Assembly: GCA_964016885.1 (NCBI GenBank) | Contig: OZ024741.1 | Location: 268,832,001 to 268,896,000, forward strand | Reading direction: 5' to 3' | Length of the DNA: 64,000 nucleotides | Source: Eledone cirrhosa | Lineage: Eukaryota | Program-made: the position numbers and the translations under genes | In this document: one piece after another, positions 1 through 13,196 of the stretch | Numbering within the stretch: the stretch's first letter is position 1 | How the letters are laid out: each line of letters begins with the position of its first letter | The notes under the pieces: generated by a model | The model's database searches: none | Told to the model about the DNA's origin: nothing | The model's input: the letters and a program-made list of their open reading frames with translations, nothing else

Positions 1-870
1 TGTTGTGCAGTGCTGAAGTAAGTGTTGTGGTGTGTTGTAGTAGTGTTGTGCAGTGCTCAAGTAAGTGTTGTGGTGTGTTGTAGTAGTGTTGTGCAGTGCT
101 GAAGTAAGTGTTGTGGTGTGTTGCAGTAGTGTTGTGCAGTGCTGAAATAAGTGTTGTGGTGTGTTGTAGTAGTGTTGTGCAGTGCTGAAGTAAGTGTTGT
201 GGTGTGTTGCAGTAGTGTTGTGCAGTGCTGAAGTAAGTGTTGTGGTGTGCTGAAGTAGGTGTTGTGGTGTATTATAGGAGAGTGTTGTGCAGTGCTGAAG
301 TAAGTGTTGTGGTGTGTTGTAGTAGTGTTGTGCTGTGGTGTGTTGTAATAGTGTTGTGCAGTGCTGAAGTAAGTGTTGTGGTGTGTTGCAGTAGTGTTGT
401 GCAGTGCTGAAGTAGGTGTTGTGGTGTATTATAGGAGAGGGTTGTGCAGTGCTGAAGTAAGTGTTGTGGTGTGTTGTAGTAGTGTTGTGCAGTGCTGAAG
501 TAAGTGTTGTGGTGTGTTGTAGTAGTGTTGTGCAGTGCTGAAGTAAGTGTTGTGGTGTGTTGTAGTAGTGTTGTGCAGTGCTGAAGTAAGTGTTGTGGTG
601 TGTTGTAGTAGTGTTGTGTTATGCTGAAGTAAGTGTTGTGGTGTGTTGTGCAGTGCTGAATTAAGTGTTGTGGTGTGTTGTGCAGTGCTGAAGTAAGTGT
701 TGCGGTATGTTGTAGTAGTGTTGTGCAGTGCTGAAGCAAGTGTTGTGGTGTGTTGTGCAGTGCTGAAGTAAGTGTTGTAGTAGTGCTGAAGTAAGTGTTG
801 TGGTGTGTTGTAGTAGTGTTGAGTAGTGCTGAAGTAAGTGTTATGGTGTGGTGTTTTGTAGTAGTGTTGC
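1..870. repeat. Tandem minisatellite, ~43-bp unit (GTGTTGTGCAGTGCTGAAGTAAGTGTTGTGGTGTGTTGTAGTA), about 20 copies, running off the window start
   Basis: Unit read directly; some shorter deletion variants. It explains ORFs 272..739 and 429..872. Confidence 0.95.
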
Positions 871-1265
871 AACTGTGTTCTGGATAGTTGCAGTAGTGTT
901 TGAAAGAGGAGTGCAGTAGTATTTCTGGGTGGTTGCAGTATTTTTTGCTGGGTGGTTGCAGTAGTATTTCTGGGGTGCTATCGTAGGGAGTAGGTGCAGA
1001 AGTGATTGTAGGGAGCTAGCTGCAACAACTAACTGTGTTCTTCCATTTGGAGTGTACCTTGTGTGCGGTGTATATGAAAAAATTTAGGATTCCGGTAAAA
1101 TTTCTTTCAATCCCTCTTTTTTTTTTGTTTATCACCCCTGCCTCTCCACTTTTTTCTTTTACTTCATGCATGGATATTGTTAAATATTGTCTATTTACAT
1201 AAGTTCTTTTATACAAACATTTTCGGTCTGCTGGGGATTTATATGTCTGCCACTACCTCTACTCC

Positions 1266-1735
1266 CTATCACCACCACCACCATCACCACTGCCATTATC
1301 ACAACCACTATCACCGTCACCATCACCACTACCATTATCAATAACAACAACAGTACCACAACCCCAACCACCACCACTGCCATTATCACTGTCACCATCA
1401 CCACCATCAATAACAACAATAGAACCACCACCACCACACAATCATCACCATCACCACCACCACCACCACCACCACCATCACCACCACTACCACCATCACC
1501 ACCACTACCATCACCACCACCACCACCACTACCACCACCACCAGCACCGTCACCACCACTACCATCACCACCACTACTATTATCTCAACCATGATCACTA
1601 CCATGATCACTGTCACCATCACCTCTACAACCATCAATAACAACAATAGTACCACAACTACCACCACACACAACCGCCACAATCACCACCACCACCATTA
1701 CCCCCTACCCAACAAAAGCAGCAGCAGCAATAACA
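1266..1735. repeat. (CAC/CAT/AAC)n imperfect trinucleotide repeat region
   Basis: Direct reading; produces poly-T/P/V pseudo-ORFs. Confidence 0.9.
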
Positions 1736-1892
1736 AGTATTGAATGCTCCATTAAATCTGCTCTATAGTTTTACCTTTAAACACACTTGACTAGAAATTT
1801 CTTTATTGGATTTTGGTGAGAACATCAGATTATGTAATGTCTGGCTTTCATAAACACCCTTGCTGCAACCATTAGCTACATAGCAATTCTGA

Positions 1893-1934
1893 GTGTGTGT
1901 GTATCTATATAGGTGTGTGTATATATGTGTGTGA

Positions 1935-1970
<36 letters not shown>

Positions 1971-2138
1971 ATCTTTGTGTATATATATATATGTGTGTCT
2001 GTGTTTTGTATGTATGTTTATCTTTGTAAATATATATATGTTTGTGTGTATGAAATATAGATTAAGACGACATATTTATATATTCTTATATATATATATA
2101 TATATATATATAAATATGTGTGTATATATATATATGCT

Positions 2139-2172
<34 letters not shown>

Positions 2173-2187
2173 CATATATATACATAT

Positions 2188-2218
<31 letters not shown>

Positions 2219-2425
2219 CATACACATACACATATATATATACATATGCATATATATATACATATATATATATACATATATATATGCATATATATATATA
2301 TATATATATACATACACACACATGTATATACACATATATGTATATACACATATATATATGTATATACACATATATATATACATATATATATATATATACA
2401 CATATATATATACATATATATATAC

Positions 2426-2470
<45 letters not shown>

Positions 2471-2497
2471 TGTATATACACATATATACATATATAT

Positions 2498-2528
<31 letters not shown>

Positions 2529-2574
2529 CACATATATATATATACATATATATAAATATATATACATATATATA

Positions 2575-2629
<55 letters not shown>

Positions 2630-2806
2630 GTAGTATAGAAATTATTGTAGCGAGAAGCTAACAGTATTCCATATATATATATATATATATATATAACACA
2701 TACACACAATTTTGTATCATCATCATCATATGTCCGTTTTTCCCTGTTAGCAAGGGTTGGACTGCTGTACATATACATCCCATGTACATCCTTCATTCTT
2801 TATTTG

Positions 2807-2845
<39 letters not shown>
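1893..2845. repeat. Compound (TA)n/(TG)n/(CA)n microsatellite field
   Basis: Direct reading; produces YI/CV/HT pseudo-ORFs. Confidence 0.95.
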
Positions 2846-5800
2846 TTACAGAAAACAAATTATATTATATTATACATTAAATGTTGGAAAGAATTAGGTA
2901 AATTTAAAGATAATATTTGTTTGTGTTTGAAGTGAAGTATGATATAATATATTTGCCGGAGACCTCAGTACCAGCAGCAGACAGACATGGTTGTATTTAT
3001 TTTGTCTGTGTTGTAGAGAGCGTAAGGCTGGTAGGCTCTACTATATTCTTCTCGTGTTGTAACAAACCCCGAAATATAACAACATATTGATTGTGTGTGC
3101 AGAGAAATCCTTATTTTACAACTGCATTGCTAGAAAAGATAGTTTCCTCTTTTGCTGTTGTCGTTGTTGCTGTTGTGTTTGTTTCTGTATTTTTTTTTTT
3201 TTTTTTTTTTTTGCTTTTTTAAAATTATTTATTTATTTCCCCCTGTCTTCTTCATTCCACTGATTTTATCTCTGGCAAGCTGTCTGAAACATAAGGGACG
3301 GCTGCTGTTTCTCTAGCAACAATTAATTGTAGCTAGCAATAGTTAATAAGGCACCAATACTTGATTGGGCATGTATTTATTGAAATTATTCTCTGATTGA
3401 AAATTCACTCTGCTATTTTCTTTCTTTCTATCTTTAAATCATAATGGGTCTTTTTTTTTGTTTTTGTTTTTGTGTTATGTTTGGTTCCATATTTCATAGC
3501 ATCACTGAAACGGGTGACTAATTACTTGAAATATTTCTGTCTTAGAATCTTCCACTTAATAGTTTGTTAGGTGGTGCAGACAGCGGTGTGTCTGTGAGAT
3601 GTTGTAAACCCATTTACTTACTACTAGTACAGGCAAATAAAAATAATTTTAGTGAGACAAACTACTGTATTTTGTTATCAAAACCCTTTTGATACAAAAC
3701 CTTCTAATACTGCCCTTGATTCTATGATATAAAGCTGTATATTTTAGTGTTTATGTTATTGTTGTTGCTTTGCAATAGAGAAAAAGAATTTTAAGTATCG
3801 TTCATCAATTTATTACATCCTTACATTTCTACTTCACATTTTTCATACAAAACCGTCTGAAACTGCCCCTAATTCTATAATATAAACCTGTCTATTTTAA
3901 AAGTGTTTATGTTTATCTAATAACCTTCCATCATATTTCTATGTTCAGTTATGTTCCAACAGAAGCTTAATAGTGAGAAAATTAGTTATATTATTAAATC
4001 CCTCCAAATTTGTGATTAGTTTTAAATGGCTTGAACATTACAGGCAGTGTATTTTATGAGAAATATTGTTATGAAAGGGTTAAATGTAGTTTGAAGATTA
4101 TTTGTCTTCCAAAATATTAAGTATATTCTTTTATTCTTTTACCGGTTCCCCCCATTGGAGTGAGACCATGCTGGGGTACTACTTTGAAGGATTTTAGTCA
4201 ATCATGTCAACCTGAGTAAACAAACGTGTGGTTGTTAGGTAGTTCCAATGTAAATATAAATATGGGCAGGCTTCCTCACAAGGCATTAGCTGGCTTCAGA
4301 TTATAACATATAGCAGAAGACACAGAAGGTAGACTGAACCCAAAACCATATGGGTTGCGAAATCAGATTTTTAACCACACTTTCATGCCTGCTCCTATCT
4401 GTTATCTATTTATATTTGTAGTTCTTGCTTAGGAAATTAATGTCTTTATGATTTAGCATAAGAGAAAATCTTGCAGTTAAACTGACTGTAAATCAAATCA
4501 TCACCATCACCATTATCATTATATGGCTATCTTTCCATGTTGGATTAAATATTTATCTAAATCTTTCAGCCTCCTTACCTTCTTATGTGATAACAGTCAA
4601 TTATTTTCACCTCAAGGAGAGCTGCTATGTCATTGCTTGACCTTTTTAACCCTTTTTATACTAACCCAGCCAAAAACCCACTTTCATTCTATGAGTTCCC
4701 ATTTAAAGAATTCCATTTAAATTTAAATCTTCCAACATAATTTTATATAAGAATCATATGTCAAGTTACTATATTTGTAATGAAATAAATAATATATTTT
4801 CTAAATCGCTCAAACTTCTTTATTAATTAATTGAAACAGTGTATTTCATAAGAAATGTGGCCAAGAAATGGTTAAAGCAGGAGAATACCATATATACTTG
4901 GGGATAAGTCGCAACTTAGATGACTTGCGCCTCTTTTGTATTTATAATATTTTGGCTTCATTATTTAATATTTCAAGATGAGAACAAGGTTCGGTAGATA
5001 AGTTGCATGTGGATTTTTATGCATTGAACTTTTGCTAGCAAAGCATAGGGACATAGGATGATGATGATTGGGATAGGAGGGCTAAACAAAACCCACTGCC
5101 TTACCAATAATAGTTCTTCCTATAGACCCATCTACTTGATCTAATAATTATTTTGAGAATCTCTGGTTGTTTAGCTTGCTATTGATTAACTTATTTTGTA
5201 GTAACACTGGTGAAAGTGGTGGTGATGGTAGTGACAGTGGTGGTGATGTTTGTGTTGATAGCGACAGTAGTGAGGTTCGTGGTGGTGGTATCACTTTGAA
5301 CTGTTGGTGTGTTTGTGCATGGTGTGAGTATTTTTATAAGGCATTATTAGTGATGCTTCTGGTCAGTGTAAACATATTTTAGACCAGACTGGTTTCACTT
5401 AATTTCCTTCATTTAACTAGAACTATTTGCTAGTTTTCGCACAGTTTGTGCCAATGAAGGAAATTTCTTTTCATATGGCCCTATCTCTCATTGTCCAATA
5501 GAACAATGATATTATGGCAGGTTCCACATATGTGGTACTATATCCTATGAGGGCTATTATTACTGTTGTCATGTTCAAGAACTAATTTTGACATGTTTAT
5601 ATTAGATAAACTATTCCTTAATACCATATCTAGGTAAACATTAACCTCTTAAACCAATGAGACCCACTTGTATTAAAAAGTTACTTTTACTAAATATTAT
5701 TGTATTGAAATTCCTCACAATAATGGTGAGTCATCAGTGCTGGATTTACGCCTGCATTTACCATGCTGGCATGGATATTTGTGTGTGTATATATATATGT

Positions 5801-5973
5801 ATGTATGTGTGTGTGTATATATGTGTGCATGTGTATATATATATGTGTGTGTATATATATATTTATGTGTATGTGTATATATGTGTGTATGTATCAGGGG
5901 GAAGGATCCGTGCATGCAACGCATGCAGTGCATGCGTTATAGAATCTTGAGTTGATCAATTGCGTTGGTTGAA

Positions 5974-6216
<243 letters not shown>

Positions 6217-6347
6217 CACTACAAGTGGCTTTGACTGGGAGGGTCATTTAGAGGGAATTGGGGGGGTAAGGCTGCACAGCCCCACTTTCCGCCATGCCGA
6301 TTGGACTGCATGCCCTGCTTTCCAGGTTACCCTTTGCCACTGGTATG

Positions 6348-6406
<59 letters not shown>

Positions 6407-6565
6407 CAAACAGAATACAAAAATCTAATCTGAGTTTTTCGAATATTAATAATAATATTTGATTCGTTTGCAATTATGCAAACAGCCTCTTTAAAGCTAT
6501 GCCAGTAGAATGACGCTGTCATTCTTGCTCTTGTGTGTTGTTGGCAAGAGCAAGAGTCGGTCCAG

Positions 6566-6943
6566 ATCGATACAGATCGAACCTTGAGCTGATCAATATT
6601 GAAACACGCACCACCAATCAATAAGCGTAATGAAGGCTTAACAAATTGTCCTTGTATTAGTATCGGTAGAGGGTCGGACGCCATGCTTTCCAGCATAGTT
6701 ACGTCCCTTTACGATCTGAGTTCAAATCCCGCCGAGGTTGACTTTGCCTTTCATCCTTATGGGGTCGATAAAATAAAGTACCAGTAATGAACTGGGTAAT
6801 TGCTGGCCTTGTCCTAAAGTAGAAACAATTATTATATTATTATATTACACTCTGTCTAGCTCTACACCTCGCCACTGACGTGAACCTAAACATCGAATAC
6901 TCACCTGGGTGAACCTACAGTAACTTCTCGTTATACTCCCTGG
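6566..6943 (+). mobile_element. Single-arm copy of the repeat that forms the 57808-58203 palindrome (Penelope-like pLTR-type), interrupted by a family-B SINE
   Basis: TCGATACAGATCGAACCTTGAGCTGATCA...TACACTCTGTCTAGCTCTACACCTC...GTTAYACTCCCTGGAT matches 58007-58210. GAAACACGCACCACC is a decayed hammerhead 3' half. Confidence 0.75.
6660..6835 (+). mobile_element. SINE family B
   Basis: B-box-like GAGTTCAAATCCC, then GAGGTTGACTTTGCCTTTCATCCT...AAAGTACCAGT; near-identical to 39931-40107 and similar to 63805-63985. Confidence 0.85.
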
Positions 6944-6965
6944 ATATATATATATATATGTATAC

Positions 6966-7408
6966 ATCATCATCATCATCACCGTTTTACGACCATTCTT
7001 CCATGCTAGCATGGGTTAGACGGGTTGTCCTGTTGTGGGCAGTGCCAGGTTGGGTGACTTTGTCTTTCTCATACGGGAACTGATTTGTCTTGATTTTTAC
7101 AGCTGGATGCCCTTCCTAACACCAACCTCATTTACAGTGAGTGCTCGGTGTTTTTTTTCCGTGGCGCCTACATGACCACTTTACAGAGTGGGCTGGGTGA
7201 TTTTTTTGTCGTGACACCTCCATGACCACTTTGCAGTGGAAATATAGGGACCCCAGTCCTTTCATCTCATTTCTACAGCTGAGTAAACTGGAGCAATGTG
7301 AAATAAAGTGTCTTGCTCAAGGAAACAACACATCACCCGGTCCGAGAATTGAACACACAACCTTTCGATTGCAAGCCCAATGCTCTAACTACTAAGCCAT
7401 GTGCCTCC
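6966..7408 (-). mobile_element. SINE family A variant (tRNA head, extra internal tandem unit, alternative tail)
   Basis: Reverse complement of the GGAGGCACATGGCTTAGT...CCTTGAGCAAGACACTT... consensus; (CAT)n tail. Confidence 0.88.
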
Positions 7409-7934
7409 ATATATATATATACATATATATATATATCATCATCATCATCATCATCATAATAATATATATATATATATGAATATATATATTTAAATATATA
7501 TATATGAATATATATATTTAAATATGTATATATGTATATATATAATTATAACTGAATATAAAAGAAAAACGAACACAGACATATACATATATGTGTTCAA
7601 ATCGTAAGGGACCAGATTCGCTAAGGTGAAAAGAATACTAACTATAGACAATAGGGTTTGCCTTTCTCAATTTAAGAATAAATCAAGAAAGTAAATACAA
7701 ACTGGAATTGTGGTAACTACCAATCACCTGGACAGCTTTGATAATGATAATGCTGTTTCGCAAAATTAATTGTGAAGAGGAATACCAATTCTTTCTCATC
7801 AGCGGGTGAAGAATTATTGTAACAGACTATTTTGAGTAAGAATTACTGTAATAGACTATTTTGAGCTTCTAATTCAATATATACCTTTGATATGTATATA
7901 TATAATTCCGACGGAATTACTTCATCCATACACA

Positions 7935-7974
<40 letters not shown>

Positions 7975-8669
7975 TATGTATTGGAACATGCATAACATTT
8001 CATTCGAATGTATGAGGTTATGTATCCCAATAAAACCTTGATAAAATTGTTCTTCTTTATTAGCTTTGCCCTGAAGAGCCTTGAGTGGGACATAAAATAA
8101 TTTTATAATGCAATTCTTTGTAAAACATATATTCCTTCAAATATTTTGGCATCATGTTGAACAGGGATGTAAATGTTGATGATGAAATTGTTAATGGATA
8201 CTCTTTGGAAAATATCAACCTTCATTGTCCCAATGATACGTTAAAAAAACCCCAACTATTTTTAAGGATTGCATTTAGTCTGTTTTGTTTTCTGGCTGTG
8301 AAACAGGGACATTATATTATTCATTTGGAGAGTTTTCAGCAAAAGTATCTTCAACAACTTTTGCTGCATGCATCTAAGGAAAGACTATGCGAGTGATGAT
8401 AGTGTTTGGAACTTAGCAAATGTAAACAGATTGAGGTGAATAGTCAATATAATTCACTTTGAAAGTGAACAAACTTTAAAGCATCGCCTCTCTAGGGAAC
8501 TGTTCTAGGAAAGGGCCTCATGAAACGAACAAAAAATCTTTACCCCCACCCCATACAGACTGACTTAAATTTGATCTGTTATGGAAAGCTGTGAAGAAAA
8601 GTGATTAATTAGGCATCATGAAGATATAATATATAGTCTGTGTATCCAAGTACTTTTAGGAGAATTGTA

Positions 8670-9220
8670 TTAACCCTTTCTTTACCATATTTCTAATGAC
8701 ATACTTTGTATTTTAAGTAATTAATGAAGAATTTTGGGAAGTATTTACTAAAATTATTCCATTAAGATGGTATTTGTAATATAAAATATTCTTATATGAG
8801 CAGTTATGTCTTTGAAGCCCCTGCAATGCAAGTGGGGTAGTAAATACTAAGACCACGAAATCGGGTGGGGAATGAGAGTGGTGAGATTGAGTGGAGAAGA
8901 AGATGAAAAACAAGAATCAGATGATGTTACCTTGGAAATATTTAGATAACGTTATCTATGATTCTTGTTTTTCTTCCTCTTCTCCACTTAAACTCACCTG
9001 ATTTTCTTGCCTTAAAATTTACAAGCCCACTTGCATTGTGGCAGCTTCTAATTCATAACCACTTTTCATAGCCTACAACCCTTCAAGCAAACTACAACTC
9101 TCTCTTTATTCTTATAAAATTATGTTGGAGGATTTAATTTAAGTAGGAATCCTTTGAAATGGGTGGTTTTGTTTCATAGAAGCAGTGGTTATTTTGGGTA
9201 GGTTGGTATCAAAAGGATTA
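8670..9220. mobile_element. Degenerate TTAA/CCC-terminated (piggyBac-like) non-autonomous element containing an imperfect fold-back insert at ~8802-9060
   Basis: Starts TTAACCCTTTT and ends GGTATCAAAAGGATTA; related pieces at ~3680-4083, 4647-4875 and 48660-48944. Internal inverted arms CAATGCAAGTGGG / CCCACTTGCATTG and GAAAAACAAGAATCA / TGATTCTTGTTTTTC. Confidence 0.55.
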
Positions 9221-9776
9221 TCATAAATACTCACATATAAGCTGAAAATATGTGTCAAAATAATACATGGTAAAATGAAGGTTGTCAAGATTTTGCTGAT
9301 TTTCCTCAACTTCATATTCTATGTAAGAATGGTGCTAAAATATCTGGAGTGATTATTTTACAATGAAACACTGTTTTTCTGCAATTACTACTCTGTACAT
9401 ATGCACACACCTTTTATTTAGTTAACAGTAGGTTTGGAGGGGGGGTCTCATGGAGTTCTTAGATTTGGAGGTGAATATTACACCGGTTTCACTTTGGGGG
9501 GGGGGGGGGATATGCAACTGGTTTCAGTTTGGAAGTGCAATTTGTTTTTCTTATTGTTTTTGATGTGTTCAAAATAGTCAGAAATGATTTGTTTTTTCTT
9601 AGTTAACTGAGTGAGGGGGCATGCTAGCATGAGATGAGTGTAATTGTAAAAATTTAGCTAAAGTTTTATTACTTGTTAAATGGTTTCCTAATTTTTTAAG
9701 GCATGCATTTCATTCAATTTGTATGTTAAATAAAAATCTATTACATTTGGGAAATATCACCATTGCTCTCCATTAA

Positions 9777-9821
<45 letters not shown>

Positions 9822-9828
9822 TAATAAT

Positions 9829-9962
9829 AATTGTTTCTACTTTTGGCACAAGGCCAGCAATTACCCAGTACATTACTGGTACTTTATTTTATCGACCCCG
9901 TAAGGATGAAAGGCAAAGTTAACCTCGGCGGGATTTGAACTCAGAACGTAAAGGGACGTAAT
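9829..9962 (-). mobile_element. SINE family B, 5'-truncated
   Basis: Reverse complement of the 6700-6830 segment. Confidence 0.85.
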
Positions 9963-10294
9963 AATAATAAGAGCAAAGTACTCCCAGCATATGAGTGACT
10001 GGAAGTAAACAAATATTTGAGAAACTCATTGAAACCTTATAAAATGGATGAAATGTTAAAAAAATCATTACATAATGGAGTTAACGCCACAAGAAAGAAC
10101 ATACTTTTGTCAATCATGTAACAAACATCATTCTATTGGTACCTTTGGTCATGATTCTATATTGCATTTAACTGAGAAGAGATGTTTACATAATAGTTTT
10201 GAAAGCTGCAAATCATTATCTAGGCTAAAATGTTAATAAAATTATACTCTGTCTGTCTGTGTGTGTGTGAGTTCAGGTGTATGTTTATATATGT

Positions 10295-11580
10295 ATGATG
10301 CAGTTTGGTTTTGTGCCTGGGAAAAATACAACAGATGCCCTCTCCTTAGTGAGACAACTACAAGAGAGGTTCTTAGAGAAGAATAAGCCACCATACTTAG
10401 CTTTGATAGGGTACCCCTATCTGTCATCTGGTTGTCCCTAAGGAAACTAGGTGTAGAGGAATGGCTTGTGAGGACAGTGCGAGCTATGTACAGGGGTGCT
10501 ATCAGGGTTCGGTCCTCAGCCCGCTCTTGTTCATTATAGTCTTCCAAGCCATAACAGAGGAGTTTAAGACTGGCTGCCCATGGGAACTTCTCTATGCTGA
10601 CGATCTGGTATTTATAGCAGAATCAGTAGAGGAACTAGAGAATAAATTCTGGCTATGGAAACATCAGTTGGAGTTAATAGGACTGAGAGTAAACCTAGCT
10701 AAGACTAAAGTGTTGATAAGGAGAAAAGAGGACAAAACCCTGATTCCATCATGGAAATGGCCATATTCGATATGTAGAAAAGGAGTTGTCATAAATTCTA
10801 TAAAATATACACAATGCACATCTTGGGTACACAAGAGATGTAGTGGGATAGCAGGCAAACTAACAGGTAGGGAAAACTACATATGCAGTAGATGTACAGG
10901 AAAATTTGACAGTAGAAGTCACAGTGATAGATACATTTTTCAAATGCAGGTAGGATCTATAGAAGTGGTTGATATCTTCCAGTACCTAGGTGATCAGATT
11001 AGCAAGGGAGGGGGTGCTCCAAAGCCATAGTATCTAGAAGAAGGATGGGTTGGAAGAAGTTTAGGGAGCTGCTTCCTCTGTTGACAAAGAAGGGTTTCTC
11101 CCTGTTAACGAAAGGCCAGTTATATGATGTCTGTGCAGGATGCGCCATGCTGCATGGTAGTGAGACATGGGCAGCAACTGTGGAGGATATGCGACAGCTA
11201 GAGAGAAATGAAGGAAGCATGTTCCATTGAATGTGCAATGTCAATGTGTGCGAATGACCAAGTATAGATGAGTTCAGAGAGAAACTCTGTATAGGAGAGA
11301 TACGTTGTAGTGTGCGGGAGAGAAGACTGGTATGGACATGTGATGCGCATGGAGGATGACCGCTGGGTAAAGAAGTGCCAAGAAATCCCAGTAGAAGGGA
11401 GACGCAGTACAGGAAGACCACGAAAAACATGGGCGGAGGTGGTGAGAGCAGACCCCAGATCGCTGAAGCTCACAGAGGAGATGATGAAGACCCGTGACAA
11501 ATGGAGAGATGCTGTGCTGAATAAGACCCGTCCTACTCTTGCAACCAGGGAAAACGGACGTAAAATGATGGTGATGATGA
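10295..11580 (+). mobile_element. 5'-truncated, decayed RTE-clade LINE (RT C-terminal half plus 3' end)
   Basis: QFGFVPG, QGSVLSPLLF, LLYADDL, YLG and GRPRKTW motifs across frames, with stops and frameshifts; ends GGGAAAACGGACGTAAAATGATG. Confidence 0.93.
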
Positions 11581-11746
11581 TAATAGTGATAATTGTGTGT
11601 GTGGTTGGGTGGTATAGTAAATAGATAAGCTAGATATTTTAGAATGTTATATGACTTGAATAGGCCTGTTTTTCTGAAAGAAAGTTCTTCGTTTCTGCCA
11701 CTGCCCACTCTCATCTCTCTTTCTATTTTTTCTTAAATTTCTCCTA

Positions 11747-11782
11747 TTTTCTGATAAAGGACTAGCGCCCAAAACATTAAAA
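11747..11782 (+). ncRNA. Decayed minimal type I hammerhead-like motif (family of 57522)
   Basis: TTTT-CTGATAA-A-GGAC TAGC GCCC-AAAA-CA-T-T-AAAA; G8 and G12 are lost; the downstream flank matches 57560-57600. Confidence 0.6.
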
Positions 11783-12122
11783 CACTTTTCCTAGTATATC
11801 AAGAGTAAAAATAATAATATATTTCTTCATTGTACTGCGTTGTTTGCTTTGTTATTTCTGTTTGCCTTTGTGTGTGTGTGTGGTATAGTAAATATGGTTT
11901 ATGTTAAATCAGTGTTGGTTGTATGTGTCAGTTTGAATAGGCAATAGTTATAAATGCCTTTATATGACTATTTTGTACAAATACACACACTCACTCTCTC
12001 ACATACACTCTTACAACAACAATAATATAAACTTTACAACTATATCAGTTGTGAATCTAAGTAATGAATTTAAAAAAAGGAAGAAGATATTTTAAAAATC
12101 TTTATTGAATTTACTGTTGTAG

Positions 12123-12201
12123 ACTATGGAGAATGAGACGGGAAGTGAATTGCTTGAAAAATATTTTGTTCTTTTGTCTAAAACCATAAAAGAATGTCTA
12201 G
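12123..12201 (+). other. Candidate exon (79 nt)
   Basis: TTTACTGTTGTAG acceptor, open frame TMENETGSELLEKYFVLLSKTIKECL, G|GTGAAT donor; no recognisable homology. Confidence 0.2.
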
Positions 12202-12621
12202 GTGAATTGTTGTACATATATGAACAGTGATGGCAACAGAACATGCCCCCCCCCCTGCCCCCATCCCTCCCCTCTCTCCCTCCCTCTTTCTCCCTTGTCT
12301 CTCTTGCTCTCTATTTTTCTTCTGGTTTGTCTCTCTTGCTCTCTCTCACATACATATATGTGTGTGTGTGCGTATACATATGTACATATGCGTGTGTATA
12401 TATATATATAACACCAACCACATTTACAGTGTGTAAATGTGGTTGGCGTTAGGAAGAGCATCCAGCCATAGAAAACCCGCCAGAAACAGTCCTATATGAG
12501 TGAGACATGGTCACCTGACACAACATGCTTCCAATGGGACAAACCCGTCTAACTCCTGCTAGCATGGAAAATAGACGTTAAATGACAATGATGATGATGA
12601 TCATGGTATCTACACACACAC

Positions 12622-12662
<41 letters not shown>

Positions 12663-13064
12663 ATAATAATAGGTATAAATCGAAGTTGCGGCGCTATATA
12701 TGTATGTGTGTGTGTATACATATATCTGTCTGTCTGTCCCCCTAAAACTCGAGAACCACCCACCCAATTTTTTTCAAACTTTACACATGTAATGCTTATG
12801 GTCATGTGAGTGTTTTGAGCAAAAAATATTTCAAATTTTCAATGCCCTAGCGACCGCATTAGGCGCGGTTAGCGATCTCTCTCTCTCTTTCTTAGTCTGT
12901 CTTTTTAGATAGATAGATAGCTATAACGTAGCACCTTTATAATATCTGTCTGTCTGTATGTCTGGCTGTCTGCATTACGACATTATGAAAACATTGACTT
13001 CGCTATCTGTGTGTGTGTGTATATATGTATATATAGTGTCTGTGTTATATATAGTGTGTAATGT

Positions 13065-13178
13065 TTTTCGAAATATTCACTTCTGCGTTCAGAGATTGAT
13101 TTTTTAGTTTCAGAAAATCCTGTGAAGGGTGAAAGCAGCGATTCTTTGCTTAAACTTTAATCTGTTATTTTAATAAAT
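13065..13178 (+). mobile_element. Repeat copy carrying a hammerhead-like motif (13106-13156); paralogue of 28995-29108
   Basis: About 110 bp highly similar to 28995-29108; ends AATAAA followed by (TA)n. Confidence 0.75.
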
Positions 13179-13196
13179 ATATATATATATATATAT

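Noticed and set aside
1187-1594. Proline/threonine-rich extensin- or mucin-like ORF
   Set aside because: (CAC)n simple repeat with no splice or domain support.
1897-2796. YI/CV/HT-rich ORFs here and throughout the window
   Set aside because: Dinucleotide microsatellite artefacts.
3017-3030. Possible 14-nt microexon (TTGTAG|AGAGCGTAAGGCTG|GTAGGC)
   Set aside because: Not frame-preserving, and the signals are common enough to arise by chance.
5700-5770. Minus-strand CTGATGA-CTCAC/GTGAG-GAAT hammerhead-like hit
   Set aside because: GAAT replaces GAAA, and there is no convincing UH, stem I or stem III; likely chance.
8071-8100. CTGAAGA at 8071 (also 14151, 14561 and 44462)
   Set aside because: No stem II followed by GAAA and no closing stem I.
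12725-12875. Possible short Helitron-like element with terminal hairpin ACCGC/GCGGT
   Set aside because: No clear CTRR end or second copy in the window; not enough support to call.
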